This document shows, piece by piece, positions 1 through 9,639 of a stretch of DNA of 64,000 nt. The position numbers and the translations under genes are program-made. The stretch is from assembly GCF_965228755.1 (NCBI RefSeq), contig NZ_CBDDIG010000003.1:36507-100506 (forward strand), written 5' to 3'. This DNA comes from Roseovarius sp. Lineage in GTDB: Bacteria > Pseudomonadota > Alphaproteobacteria > Rhodobacterales > Rhodobacteraceae. The stretch's first letter is position 1, and every line of letters begins with the position of its first letter. The notes below the pieces were generated by a model that ran no database searches, had not been told where the DNA came from, and was given only the letters and a program-made list of their open reading frames with translations.

Positions 1-1052
1 GAAATGTCGTGCGAACTTACCGACCCGATCCTCCGGTTGGCCTCGGGGATCGTCTCCCGCACTTCCCAGAACGCGGCCCGCTGCGCCTCCGACTGGGCAA
101 CCATGCCGTCGCTCACCAGCCCCGCCTCGAACGCCTCTGCAAAGAGCGTCTCAAGCGCCCCCGCCGGCTCCAGCCCCTTGGCCAGCCCGATATCGATCAG
201 CACCAGCCACTCCGGCGCCTCGTCGAACGGCAACCGCACATCCGGCATCGTCTCCGCCAGGAACTCGAAACCCGCCCGGTGCATCAGCTCGAAGGCCGAC
301 ACCCCCTCCGCCATGTGCGCCCGCGCCAGCGCCAGCAGCTTCAGCGCCTCGCCGGGCCCCGGCACCGCCATCAGCGCCGTCCCCTCGCCCGCGGGCTTCG
401 GGTGCAGCACCAGCGTCGACGCCGTGATTACCCCCAGCGTCCCTTCCGAGCCGATCAGCAGGTCGCGCAGGTCATACCCCATGTTGTCTTTCCGCAGCCG
501 CCGCAGCCCGTGCCAGACCTGCCCGTCCGGCAGCACCGCTTCCACCCCGAGGCACAGCGCCCGCGCATTGCCATAGCGCAGCACGTTCACCCCGCCCGCA
601 TTGGTGGCCAGCATCCCGCCGATCCGCGCGCTCCCCTTCGCCGCGATCGACAGCGGGAACAGCCGGTCCACCGCCTCGGCCGCCGCGTGGATGTCCGACA
701 GGATCGCCCCCGCCTCGACCTCCATCGCGTTCTCCTCGGGCCAGACGCCCCGCACCTTCCGCATCCGCTCGAGGCTCAGCAGCATTGGCGCCGGCCCCTC
801 CGCCACGATCTGCCCGCCGACCAGCCCGGTGCCGCCGCCATAGGGCACCACCGGCACCCTTGCCTCGGCCGCCGCCCGCACACAGGCCGCCACATCCTCC
901 ACGCAATCCGGCGCCACCAGCACACCCGCCCGGCCGGCCCAGCGCCCGCGCGGCTCCTCCAGGTAGGCCGGCGTCACCTCGCGAAACGCCGCCTCCGGCA
1001 GCACCTCCCGCAGCCGCCCGACAAAGGCCTCGTCAACCGAATTCAACACCAT
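1..1052 (-). CDS. FAD-binding oxidoreductase (D-2-hydroxyglutarate/D-lactate dehydrogenase-like), 3' part cut by window edge
   Basis: Not in the ORF track because it is open at the edge. Hand translation from ATG 1052 gives MVLNSVDEAFVGRLREVL...VPYGGGTGLVGG...GSARIGGMLATNAGGVNVLRYGN, typical FAD_binding_4 motifs. Confidence 0.85.
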   Translation of the reverse strand, partial: MVLNSVDEAFVGRLREVLPEAAFREVTPAYLEEPRGRWAGRAGVLVAPDCVEDVAACVRAAAEARVPVVPYGGGTGLVGGQIVAEGPAPMLLSLERMRKVRGVWPEENAMEVEAGAILSDIHAAAEAVDRLFPLSIAAKGSARIGGMLATNAGGVNVLRYGNARALCLGVEAVLPDGQVWHGLRRLRKDNMGYDLRDLLIGSEGTLGVITASTLVLHPKPAGEGTALMAVPGPGEALKLLALARAHMAEGVSAFELMHRAGFEFLAETMPDVRLPFDEAPEWLVLIDIGLAKGLEPAGALETLFAEAFEAGLVSDGMVAQSEAQRAAFWEVRETIPEANRRIGSVSSHDI

Positions 1053-1079
1053 CTCAACCCCTTGCGCGCCGATCCTGCA

Positions 1080-3056
1080 TCACTCGAAAAGCTTCAGAAG
1101 CCCCTTCGTGGCCTCCTCCTCCAGCTTCCGCTTCAGCGCATCCTCGACCGACTCGTCCTCTTCCACCTTCACGCCCAGCTCCTTCTCCACCGCGCGCCGC
1201 ACCTCCTTCTCGGCCTTCTCCTCCAGCTCCTTCTTCTCCTCCCGGAAGTTCCGGTCGATCGCCGCCTCCATGTCCGGCCGGATCTCCGGATCGTCCCACG
1301 ACCCCCGGATCCGCACCGGAATGGCCAGCCCCTTGGTGCTCTCCCCCTCCAGCAGCACGGGCGTGAACAGGTAATCGATCCGCCGCTGACCCAGCGCGAT
1401 CATCCCTTCCCCCTCCGCCTTCGCCAGCGGCAGCTTGAGCAACAGGTCATCGTTCCGCGCCACCCCGTTCTCGATGGTGAACGTCGCCCCCATCGTGTCG
1501 AAGATCGTCGTGCCCCCGGTCGCCACGCCCGACCGCATCAGCTTGTCGAGGTCGAACCCCTTGATCACCCCGCGCCCGGTCTGAACCGCGCCCTTCCCGC
1601 TCAGCGAACTCATGATCGCCTGCTCCGTGTTGCCCACGCCAAGGAAGTTCAGGCTGGCATCCGCCTCGCCGGAAAACCGCGTGATCCCGGCGGCATCGGT
1701 CAGGAACCGCTCCATGTCGATCCCCGCCGCCTTCAGGTCGCCACCAACCGACAGGCCCGAGCGGTTGTTCACAACGAAATTCCCGGTAATCAACGCGTTA
1801 TACGCCCGAACTTCACGCAGGTCGAACACCAGCCGCGACCGGTCCAGCGTGATCATCGACCGCACCTTGCCCACCTTCAGATCGCCTAGGTCGACACTTT
1901 CGGCGGTCAGCGCCACCTCGGCATTCGCCAGCCCCAGCGCCGAGGCGTCAATCGGCTCGGTCGACCACCCCTTGTCCGCCGCCACCGACGCGCGCCCCGC
2001 GCTCGCCTCGCCGCCGCTCTCGCTCTCCATCCCCGTCAGGTCCAGCGCGCCCGCGTTGATCTGCGCCGACACCACCGGCCGCTCGCCGCCCAGGTCCACG
2101 TCCGCCGCCCCGCCGATCCGGTTGCCGTCAAGCTGCAACGCCACCTCGCGCAGCGACAGCCGCTGATCGGCGCTGTAGGTCACCAGCGTCTCGCCATTCA
2201 CGCTCCGCCCCAGCCCGGCCGGAATATCCGCCGCCGGCAGACCCAGCGACGCCATGAACGCGCGCGTATCCGACACCGCCGCCGTCACCCGGCCCTGCAG
2301 CTCCGGCGCGGCACTCGCCCGGCCAAGGAAGGTCGCCTCGCCCCCCTTCGTGCTGACCGTCGCCTTCACGTCGCTCACCGCGCCGTCGATGAACTCGCCC
2401 ACCCGGTCGAGATACCCCTCGACCCGCACCGCCTCCCCGGCCGGCCGCAGCGTCATGTCGAACGTCGCGCGCCCTTCATACTCGGGCCAGCGCAAGTCGA
2501 ACGCCATGCCGCGCATCTCGGTCCGCTCGCCGGTGCCGTGATCGGTGTAGAGAAACGTCGCATCCTGCACCAACGCCCGGTCCAGCGTCAGCGCCAGCCG
2601 GTCCGACCGTGCCATCCCGTCCGCCTGCTCCGACGCGCCCTCGCCCGCCTGACCCGACGGCGCCACGCCCTCGACATTCAGCTCCCAGTTCACCCGCCCG
2701 TCGGCGGCCTTCTCGAGGTTGATGACCGGCCCCACCGCCTCCAGCCCGGTGATCCGGATATCGCCGCCCCACAGAACCTGCGGCTCCACCCCGATCTTCA
2801 GGCTCTCGGCCCGGAACATCGGCGGCCCGTCGCTCCACTCGGCATTGGCCACCGTGACCGCCCCGGTACTGACGCCGAGAATGGGATAGAAGCTCAGCGT
2901 CGTCTCCCCGCTCATCGTCACCTCGCGGCCGGTCCAGCTCGACAACTGGCTCGCCGCGACCTTGGCGATCTTGTCGCCCGGCAGAAGCAGGAAAACACCC
3001 GCCACCAGCACCACCGCCAGCAGCAACAGCCCGAAGGCCCGCACGATCCAACGCAT
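1080..3056 (-). CDS. AsmA family protein
   Basis: N-terminal TM anchor; AsmA-like segments ([34 protein letters not shown]); ATG 3056 follows a GAGGGG SD (ORF track starts at GTG 3065). Confidence 0.85.
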   Translation of the reverse strand: MRWIVRAFGLLLLAVVLVAGVFLLLPGDKIAKVAASQLSSWTGREVTMSGETTLSFYPILGVSTGAVTVANAEWSDGPPMFRAESLKIGVEPQVLWGGDIRITGLEAVGPVINLEKAADGRVNWELNVEGVAPSGQAGEGASEQADGMARSDRLALTLDRALVQDATFLYTDHGTGERTEMRGMAFDLRWPEYEGRATFDMTLRPAGEAVRVEGYLDRVGEFIDGAVSDVKATVSTKGGEATFLGRASAAPELQGRVTAAVSDTRAFMASLGLPAADIPAGLGRSVNGETLVTYSADQRLSLREVALQLDGNRIGGAADVDLGGERPVVSAQINAGALDLTGMESESGGEASAGRASVAADKGWSTEPIDASALGLANAEVALTAESVDLGDLKVGKVRSMITLDRSRLVFDLREVRAYNALITGNFVVNNRSGLSVGGDLKAAGIDMERFLTDAAGITRFSGEADASLNFLGVGNTEQAIMSSLSGKGAVQTGRGVIKGFDLDKLMRSGVATGGTTIFDTMGATFTIENGVARNDDLLLKLPLAKAEGEGMIALGQRRIDYLFTPVLLEGESTKGLAIPVRIRGSWDDPEIRPDMEAAIDRNFREEKKELEEKAEKEVRRAVEKELGVKVEEDESVEDALKRKLEEEATKGLLKLFE

Positions 3057-3163
3057 ACCGCTCACCCCTCCGCGTCTTTTCCCGCAAGGTTAGGCCCCGG
3101 CGCCCCGCGCAACAACCTCGTTTTCACTTTCGCGCGGGGGCGCGAGCGACTATATCGCGCCAC

Positions 3164-4540
3164 ATGAGCACCAACCCCCCCGACCTGCGCCCCGATCTCG
3201 CGCGCTCCACCATTTCCGAGGCACGCCGCCCCGGCCAGCCGGTCATCGGCATGGTCTCCCTCGGCTGCCCCAAGGCGCTGGTCGACAGCGAGCGGATCCT
3301 CACGCGGCTCCGGGCCGAGGGCTATGGCATTTCCCCCGATTACGGCGGGGCCGACGCGGTCATCGTCAACACCTGCGGCTTCCTCGACAGCGCCAAGGCC
3401 GAAAGCCTCGAAGCCATCGGCGAGGCGCTTCAGGAAAACGGCCGCGTGATCGTCACCGGCTGTCTGGGGGCCGAGCCCGAATACATCACCGGCACCCACC
3501 CCAAGGTGCTCGCCGTCACCGGGCCCCACCAGTACGAACAGGTGCTCGACGCGGTCCATGCCGCCGTCCCGCCCAGCCCCGATCCTTTCGTCGACCTGCT
3601 GCCCTCCTCAGGCGTGAAACTCACACCCCGACATTACAGTTACCTAAAGATATCAGAGGGCTGTAACCACAAGTGCAAGTTCTGCATCATCCCCGACATG
3701 CGCGGCCGCCTCGCCTCGCGCCCGGCCCACGCGGTCCTGCGCGAGGCCGAGAAGCTGGTCGAGAACGGGGTGCGTGAACTCCTCGTCATCAGCCAGGACA
3801 CCTCCGCCTACGGGGTCGATACGAAACACGCCGAAACCGGCAGCCACCGCGCCCATATCGCCGACCTCGCCCGTGACCTGGGCGACTTGGGCGCGTGGGT
3901 CCGCCTGCACTACGTCTACCCTTATCCGCATGTGCGCGACCTGATCCCGCTGATGGCCGAAGGGCGCATCCTGCCCTATCTCGACATCCCCTTCCAGCAC
4001 GCCCATCCCGACACGCTCAAACGCATGGCGCGTCCCGCGGCGGCGGCGAAAACCCTCGACGAAATCAACGCGTGGCGGGCGATCTGCCCCGATATTACCC
4101 TGCGCTCCACCTTCATCGTCGGCTACCCGGGCGAAACCGAGGAGGAATTCCAGACCCTCCTCGACTGGCTCGACGAAGCGCGTCTCGACCGCGTCGGCTG
4201 CTTCAAATACGAAAACGTCGAAGGCGCCCGCTCCAACGCCCTCCCCGACCACGTGCCCGAACCGGTTAAGGAAGAACGCTGGCAGCGGTTTATGGAAAAG
4301 GCACAGGCCATTTCCGCGGATAAACTGGCCGCCAAGGTCGGATCTGTACAAGACGTGATCGTCGACGACATCGACGAAGACGGCATCGCCACCTGCCGCA
4401 CCAAGGCCGACGCCCCCGAAATCGACGGCTGTCTCTTCATCGACGAAGGCACCGAGGCGCTCTCGGTCGGCGATATCGTCACGGTCGAGGTGGACGAAGC
4501 GGGAGAGTACGATCTCTGGGGTCAGATCACCCGCGCCTGA
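3164..4540 (+). CDS. rimO: ribosomal protein S12 methylthiotransferase
   Basis: [17 protein letters not shown], radical [12 protein letters not shown]-terminal TRAM with APEIDG. Confidence 0.97.
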   Translation: MSTNPPDLRPDLARSTISEARRPGQPVIGMVSLGCPKALVDSERILTRLRAEGYGISPDYGGADAVIVNTCGFLDSAKAESLEAIGEALQENGRVIVTGCLGAEPEYITGTHPKVLAVTGPHQYEQVLDAVHAAVPPSPDPFVDLLPSSGVKLTPRHYSYLKISEGCNHKCKFCIIPDMRGRLASRPAHAVLREAEKLVENGVRELLVISQDTSAYGVDTKHAETGSHRAHIADLARDLGDLGAWVRLHYVYPYPHVRDLIPLMAEGRILPYLDIPFQHAHPDTLKRMARPAAAAKTLDEINAWRAICPDITLRSTFIVGYPGETEEEFQTLLDWLDEARLDRVGCFKYENVEGARSNALPDHVPEPVKEERWQRFMEKAQAISADKLAAKVGSVQDVIVDDIDEDGIATCRTKADAPEIDGCLFIDEGTEALSVGDIVTVEVDEAGEYDLWGQITRA

Positions 4541-4741
4541 CACCGGCGCCGCGCCGCCCATCCCGGCACCCTCCGCCCGGCCCCACGGGAACCAACCGCC
4601 CCCCACAGCGCTTGATCTACCCCATGACGTCGCGTCGGCCCCGGTTTCAAACCGGCCGAAAACAAACCACAGTTTTGCGCGGATGCCGACATCAGGATGT
4701 CGTGGAGAGATGCCATCAACCGGGCAGGAGGTACCGGGACC

Positions 4742-5395
4742 ATGTCCTATCCCAATTACACCCGCGCCGAACGCTGGGCCGACGGCATCGTCCACGTGAT
4801 CGGCGTCACCGCGGCGCTCGCCGGCGTCGCCACGATCTTCTGGATGTGGTACCAGCAGATGCCGTGGTCGACCTTCGTGGCCACCTCGGTCTATGCCGCC
4901 GGCCTCATCCTCATGCTCACAGCCTCGGCCGCCTATCACCTCGGCGCCCATACCGCCGCCCGCCCGATCCTCCGCCGCATCGACCATGCCGCCATCTACC
5001 TCAAGATCGCCGGCACCTTCACGCCGCTCAGCGTGCTGCTCGGCACCGCCTTCGGCTACATCGTGCTGGGCGTCGTCTGGCTTCTGGCCCTCGTCGGCGC
5101 CGCCGCGAAACTCATGGCCGCCCGCGGCGCCATGACCACCGGCTGGTGGCCCCAGGTCGCCCTCGGCTGGATCGGCGTGGCGCTCCTCATCCCGCTCTGG
5201 ACGCTGCTGCCCCCGCAAAGCCTCTGGCTGATCCTCACCGGCGGCATCATCTACTCGGTCGCGGTGATCTTCTACTGCTGGGAATCGCTGCGCTACGCCA
5301 ACGCCATCTGGCACACCTTCGTGCTGGTGGCGACCGGCTGCTTCTTCATGGGCATCTCGGCGGCCCTGGCAAGCGCCGTGCAGATGCCGCTCTGA
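4742..5395 (+). CDS. hemolysin III / PAQR family membrane protein
   Basis: ERWADGIVH, RRIDHAAIYLKIAGTFTP, AIWHTFVL motifs; about 7 TM; AGGAGG SD before ATG 4742. Confidence 0.88.
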   Translation: MSYPNYTRAERWADGIVHVIGVTAALAGVATIFWMWYQQMPWSTFVATSVYAAGLILMLTASAAYHLGAHTAARPILRRIDHAAIYLKIAGTFTPLSVLLGTAFGYIVLGVVWLLALVGAAAKLMAARGAMTTGWWPQVALGWIGVALLIPLWTLLPPQSLWLILTGGIIYSVAVIFYCWESLRYANAIWHTFVLVATGCFFMGISAALASAVQMPL

Positions 5396-5405
5396 CGCGG
5401 CGGCC

Positions 5406-5669
5406 TCAGAACCGCCGACCGTCCTTCAGCCCGTCGAACAGCTCGGCATTCCGGCACATCGGCGGCGCCTGCTCCGCCACCTCCACCTGCGCGGCCAGCC
5501 ATTTCTCGCAGCCGCAAGGATCGGCACAGCCGGTACAGCGCAACACCGCCTCCCCCAGCGTGTCGATCTGCAGCTTGCCGCGCATGATCTTCTCTTCCAG
5601 GTCGATCCCGAGGGCATTCGCCATCCGGTCCACCAGATCGGCATGGCGCTTGTAGGTCAGGTTGGGCAT
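5406..5669 (-). CDS. small Cys-rich protein (DUF6455-like)
   Basis: 87 aa; RHADLVDRMA...AVLRCTGC-x5-C...PPMCRN; GGGAGAG SD. Confidence 0.75.
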   Translation of the reverse strand: MPNLTYKRHADLVDRMANALGIDLEEKIMRGKLQIDTLGEAVLRCTGCADPCGCEKWLAAQVEVAEQAPPMCRNAELFDGLKDGRRF

Positions 5670-5728
5670 GTCGTCTCTCCCGTCGCGTTGTACGCCACCA
5701 AGGCTAGACCGCCGCGCACCCCGCGTCC

Positions 5729-5742
5729 TTGACCTGCATCAA
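5729..5742. promoter_or_regulatory. FNR/FnrL-type site for the DUF6455-like gene
   Basis: TTGAC-ctgc-ATCAA; centre lies 41.5 bp upstream of the start site implied by the minus-strand -10 TAGCCT (5701-5706). Confidence 0.7.
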
Positions 5743-6092
5743 CCGAACGCCTCCAGCCATGCGCGCACACAGGTCTGCACATGCCGGAACCGGTCGCCGC
5801 CCAGGTGCTTGCCGCCATACCAGCGCGTCACCACGACGATCCGGTCCGTCACGCCATCCCGTTCCAGCATCCGCAAAATCACGTTGCCGGCGCCCGATTC
5901 GCCGTCATCCCCCTTCAGCGGCGTCCCGTCCGACAGGATCACCGCCCAGGTGTTATGCGTGGCCTTGGCGAATTTCTTGTCCCGCTTCAGCTCGACCAGG
6001 AAGGCCTCCGCCGCCTCCCGGCTGGCCGCCACGCCGCCCGAGACGGCATATTTCGACCCCCGGTCGCGTACCACATCCGGCAGTTGCTGCAT
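5739..6092 (-). CDS. YigZ/IMPACT (UPF0029) family protein, N-terminal domain only
   Basis: DRGSKY, KATHNTWA, DDGESGAG, VVVTRWYGGKHLGGDRF. Confidence 0.88.
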   Translation of the reverse strand: MQQLPDVVRDRGSKYAVSGGVAASREAAEAFLVELKRDKKFAKATHNTWAVILSDGTPLKGDDGESGAGNVILRMLERDGVTDRIVVVTRWYGGKHLGGDRFRHVQTCVRAWLEAFG

Positions 6093-6102
6093 GCCCCGCG
6101 GC

Positions 6103-6798
6103 TCAGAGCCCGGCGGCCACGCGCCGCACGGTCTGGATCCGGTCGGCATTGCGCGGGTGGGTGCCGAGGAAACTGTCGCCCGGGTCGGCGATCCGCATGA
6201 AATACTCCGCCCCCAGCACCGGGTTATAGCCCGCCTTGTGGGCGATCACCGTGCCGATGGCGTCCGCTTCCAGCTCGAAATCCTTGGAATACCGCCGCGC
6301 ACCCACGCCCGCGCCCATGTTCACCGCCGCCTCGATCCCGGCCGAATTCGCCCCTGAAAGCGAGGCCAGCCCGCCCATCAGGATCGCGCCGGCCATGGCG
6401 TTCTGCTGCTGCCGCGGGATGTGGCCCGCGATATGGTGCGCCGCCTCGTGGCTCATGACAAAGGCCAGCTGGTCGGCATTCTGCACATCCGCCAGAAGCG
6501 ACCGGGTAAACGCCAGGATCGGCCGCCCGTTCTTGTCCAGCGTCTGGTAGGCGTTGGGCTGCAGGCCCGCGCGGTCATCCAGCACGATCCGGAAATCGCA
6601 ATTCGACGAGCGCGTCCGGCTGCGGCAAATTCCTTCGGCCACCGGCTCCACCCGGCTGACCACCGCCCGGAACCGGGCAAGGTCGCCCGCCCCCGGCGAT
6701 TGCGGCGCCCGAGATACCGCATTGGGCCCAGGGGCCGGCGCGGTGGTCACGCACCCCGCCAGACCGATCATCACACTCACGAGTAGAAACCAGCGCAT
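6103..6798 (-). CDS. M48 family zinc metallopeptidase, lipoprotein
   Basis: Lipobox LAGC; HEAAH; ELEAD; THP; GAGGA SD before ATG 6798. Confidence 0.9.
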   Translation of the reverse strand: MRWFLLVSVMIGLAGCVTTAPAPGPNAVSRAPQSPGAGDLARFRAVVSRVEPVAEGICRSRTRSSNCDFRIVLDDRAGLQPNAYQTLDKNGRPILAFTRSLLADVQNADQLAFVMSHEAAHHIAGHIPRQQQNAMAGAILMGGLASLSGANSAGIEAAVNMGAGVGARRYSKDFELEADAIGTVIAHKAGYNPVLGAEYFMRIADPGDSFLGTHPRNADRIQTVRRVAAGL

Positions 6799-6915
6799 CG
6801 CTATCCTCAATCGTCCTTCCCCTTGGTTCTAGCAGGGTTTGCCCCGCTGGCCAGCCCCCCAATGGTTCCGCACGGCCCCGCTTGCAATGGCTCGCCAAGC
6901 GAATAAGGTGGCCCC

Positions 6916-7164
6916 ATGTTTTCCATCGAACACGAATTCGACGCCACCGTCATCACCCTCGTCGACGAAGGCCGCCCCCGGCTCGAGGAAGACGTGATCA
7001 TCAACGCCTTCGAGGAATGCGTCACGATCGAGCAATACGATCCGCGCACCGACCGGGTCGAGAAGATCACCCTCTCCCCGGCCCAGCTGCGCGATCTCGG
7101 CGCGGCGCTGAACCTGCCCGAAGGGGTCTATTCGCTGAACGGCAAGACGCTCAACGAACGCTGA
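6916..7164 (+). CDS. conserved hypothetical protein (82 aa)
   Basis: Normal coding composition; promoter-like TTGCAA-N16-TAAGGT ending 6 nt before the ATG. Confidence 0.7.
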   Translation: MFSIEHEFDATVITLVDEGRPRLEEDVIINAFEECVTIEQYDPRTDRVEKITLSPAQLRDLGAALNLPEGVYSLNGKTLNER

Positions 7165-7405
7165 AAACCTTGTCACGCGCCGTCGCGCCCCGGATCAGCT
7201 CGAGCCGCGATTTCGGCACGCCCATCGCCTTCGCCAACAGCTTCTGCACCGCCGCGTTCGCCTTGCCGCCCTCGGGCGCCACCGTCACGCTGACCCGGAT
7301 CTGCCCGTCGCGCAGCACGATCCCGTTGGCCGCGGCCTTCGGCGTCACGCGCACCGTCACGGTCGTGCCGGCCTCGGCAAGATGACTCAGATCGGGCAGT
7401 TTCAT
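7151..7405 (-). CDS. DUF167 (YggU/UPF0235) family protein
   Basis: VRVTPKA, VTVAPEGGKAN, ELIRGATARDK. Confidence 0.9.
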   Translation of the reverse strand: MKLPDLSHLAEAGTTVTVRVTPKAAANGIVLRDGQIRVSVTVAPEGGKANAAVQKLLAKAMGVPKSRLELIRGATARDKVFSVR

Positions 7406-7509
7406 GGCCCGACTCCCTGCCCGCTTTCCCCGTCCCGCGCAAGATGCAGGGTTGACCCCCGCGCGCTGGCACCCGACATGTAAGCGCGCAACAGGACAGG
7501 AAGACGTGC

Positions 7510-8088
7510 ATGCCCGATCCGAACCCGGCCGCGATGGAGTTTCTGCTCAACCGCCGTTCGCGCCCCGCCAAGACGCTCACCACCCCGGTGCCCGACCGCG
7601 CGGCGCTGATGCCGATCCTGACCGCCGCGGCCCGCAGCCCCGATCACGGCAAGCTCGAACCCTGGCGCTTCATCGTGCTGGAGCGGGGTGCGCTCCTGCG
7701 CCTCGCCGGGCAGGTCGACGAATGCGGCGAACGGCTCGGCAAACCGCCCGAGGATATCGCCAAGGCCCGCGCCCAGTACACCGATGCCCATCTCGCCGTC
7801 GCCGTGGTCGAGGTACAGAAACCCTCTGGGAAAATTCCGCTCCTCGAACAGACCTACTCCGCCGGGGCCGTCTGCCTCGCCCTCCTCAATGCCGCGCTGG
7901 CCTCGGGCTGGGGCGCCAACTGGCTCACCGGCTGGGCCGTCCATGACCGCGACTTTGCCGAGACGGGTTTCGGCCTCGACGCGGGCGAACGCATTGCCGG
8001 GCTGATCCATATCGGCACCGAAACCTCGGCCCCGCCGGACCGCCCTCGCCCCAATCTCGACGCCATCACCACCTGGGTAAGCGAATGA
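7510..8088 (+). CDS. nitroreductase family protein (YdjA-like)
   Basis: RRS, AARSPDHGKLEPWRF, GWGANWLTG. Confidence 0.9.
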   Translation: MPDPNPAAMEFLLNRRSRPAKTLTTPVPDRAALMPILTAAARSPDHGKLEPWRFIVLERGALLRLAGQVDECGERLGKPPEDIAKARAQYTDAHLAVAVVEVQKPSGKIPLLEQTYSAGAVCLALLNAALASGWGANWLTGWAVHDRDFAETGFGLDAGERIAGLIHIGTETSAPPDRPRPNLDAITTWVSE

Positions 8089-8777
8089 TCTTCTCGAGCT
8101 TCTTCAAGGCCCTGGGCCAACTGGGCGACCCGCGCTTCCGCAAGGTCCTGTTTCTCGGCATCGGCCTGACGCTGGCGCTGCTGATCGCCACCTATGCCGG
8201 GCTCCTCGCCGTGATCGAGTGGCTGACGGGCGAGACGACCAACCTCCCCATCGTGGGCGAGGTCACATGGGTCGGCGACCTGCTCAGTTTCGGCTCCCTC
8301 TTCCTGATGCTGTTCCTCTCGGCCTTCCTGATGGTGCCGGTGGCCTCGGCCATCACGTCCATGTTCCTCGACGAGGTCGCACAGGCCGTCGAAGACCGCC
8401 ATTACCCGCGCCTGCCGCCGGCCAACCGCGTACCTTTCGGCGAGGCGGTGAAGGACACGATCAATTTCCTCGGCATCATCATCGCCGCCAACCTCCTGGC
8501 CTTGTTCCTCTACGTCGCCTTCACGCCCGCCGCGCCCTTCATCTTCTACGCGATGAACGGCTACCTCCTGGGGATGGAGTATTTCACCCTCGTCGCCATC
8601 CGCCGCGTCGGCCGGCAAAAGGCCAAGGAACAGCGCCGCCGCCACGTCACGACGATCTGGCTGGCGGGCATCCTGATGGCACTGCCGCTCTCGATCCCGC
8701 TCATCAACCTCATCATCCCGATCCTCGGCGCGGCGACCTTCACCCACATCTATCACCGGCTTGCGGGCAACGGCTGA
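8085..8777 (+). CDS. EI24/CysZ-like membrane protein
   Basis: Hydrophobic segments; FLDEVAQAVE, NGYLLGMEYF, PLINLIIP; ATGA overlap with the upstream gene. Confidence 0.8.
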   Translation: MIFSSFFKALGQLGDPRFRKVLFLGIGLTLALLIATYAGLLAVIEWLTGETTNLPIVGEVTWVGDLLSFGSLFLMLFLSAFLMVPVASAITSMFLDEVAQAVEDRHYPRLPPANRVPFGEAVKDTINFLGIIIAANLLALFLYVAFTPAAPFIFYAMNGYLLGMEYFTLVAIRRVGRQKAKEQRRRHVTTIWLAGILMALPLSIPLINLIIPILGAATFTHIYHRLAGNG

Positions 8778-8868
8778 CCCACACCCTGACCGGAAAATCT
8801 GAAAATAGCGTTAAAGCCGGGCCGTTGCGCAACGCGCCTTGTGTCAACGGCCCCCGGCCACCGGCCCC

Positions 8869-8912
8869 GCACCGACGCGATACCGACAAAATACCGACGT
8901 GATACCGACGTT
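8869..8912 (+). repeat. tandem 11-bp ATACCGAC-nnn array, copy 1 (4 units)
   Basis: gcaccgacgcg / ataccgacaaa / ataccgacgtg / ataccgacgtt; GTTAAC at 8935-8940. Confidence 0.85.
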
Positions 8913-8950
8913 GGAATCCCAGCAAAACAACCCCGTTAACCACCGAGTCG

Positions 8951-9574
8951 TCAGGCCAGCGAGGTCACCCACAAGATCGTGGCATCCTCGTCGCTGACCG
9001 AAACCACGTTATGCCCCATCGTCGCGTCGTAATAGGCGCTGTCGCCCCGGCGCATCTCGATCGGCTCGTAGAACTCGGTGAAGAGCCGCACCACCCCGGT
9101 CAGCACGTACAGGAACTCCTCCCCGTCATGCCGGACCCAGCCGTCGAACTCCTCGACCGACCGCGCCCTGATCCGCGCCCGATAGGGCAGCATCCGCTTC
9201 TTCGACAGCGCCTCGCCCAGCAATTCATGCTCGTACGTGGTGGTCGCGTGATGCGTCCCCTCGCCCGCCTTGGTCACCGCCAGCCGCCCGCTGATCTGGT
9301 CCCGCTGCGGCGGCGTGAAAAGTTGCGGCACCGAGATCTGCAAGCCAACGGCCAGCTTCTTCAACGCCTCGTAAGTCGGTGACATCTGGCCGTTTTCGAT
9401 CTTCGACAGGGTCGATCGCGCCAGCCCGGCCTGCTTCGCCGCCTGCTCCAGCGTCCAGCCACGCCCCTTCCGAAGCTCCCGCACCCGCTCGCCGAGGTTG
9501 AGCGGTTCGGCCTGCTCCTCCGCCCCGTTCTGGCGCGAGATCCTGATAAGGTTTCCGGGCAGCGTTTCCTTCAT
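8951..9574 (-). CDS. XRE-family transcriptional regulator with cupin domain
   Basis: HTH (WTLEQAAKQAGLARSTLSKIENG) plus cupin (HDGEEFLYVL...HN). Confidence 0.9.
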   Translation of the reverse strand: MKETLPGNLIRISRQNGAEEQAEPLNLGERVRELRKGRGWTLEQAAKQAGLARSTLSKIENGQMSPTYEALKKLAVGLQISVPQLFTPPQRDQISGRLAVTKAGEGTHHATTTYEHELLGEALSKKRMLPYRARIRARSVEEFDGWVRHDGEEFLYVLTGVVRLFTEFYEPIEMRRGDSAYYDATMGHNVVSVSDEDATILWVTSLA

Positions 9575-9581
9575 GCGAAAC

Positions 9582-9633
9582 GCTATACGCCCGGCCCGAA
9601 CGACTTGCAACTGAGCCCGCCTGTGCCTAGAGC
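9582..9633. promoter_or_regulatory. divergent promoter pair sharing one palindromic -35
   Basis: TTGCAA 9605-9610, with N17 to TAGAGC on + and N17 to TATAGC on -; each -10 lies 6-7 nt before an ATG. Confidence 0.6.
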
Positions 9634-9639
9634 AAACCC

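Noticed and set aside
4541-4741. Riboswitch upstream of the hemolysin III gene
   Set aside because: Hairpins are present (CCGGTTT/AAACCGG, CGACATC/GATGTCG) but none of the consensus cores I know (fluoride, SAM, TPP, cobalamin) match
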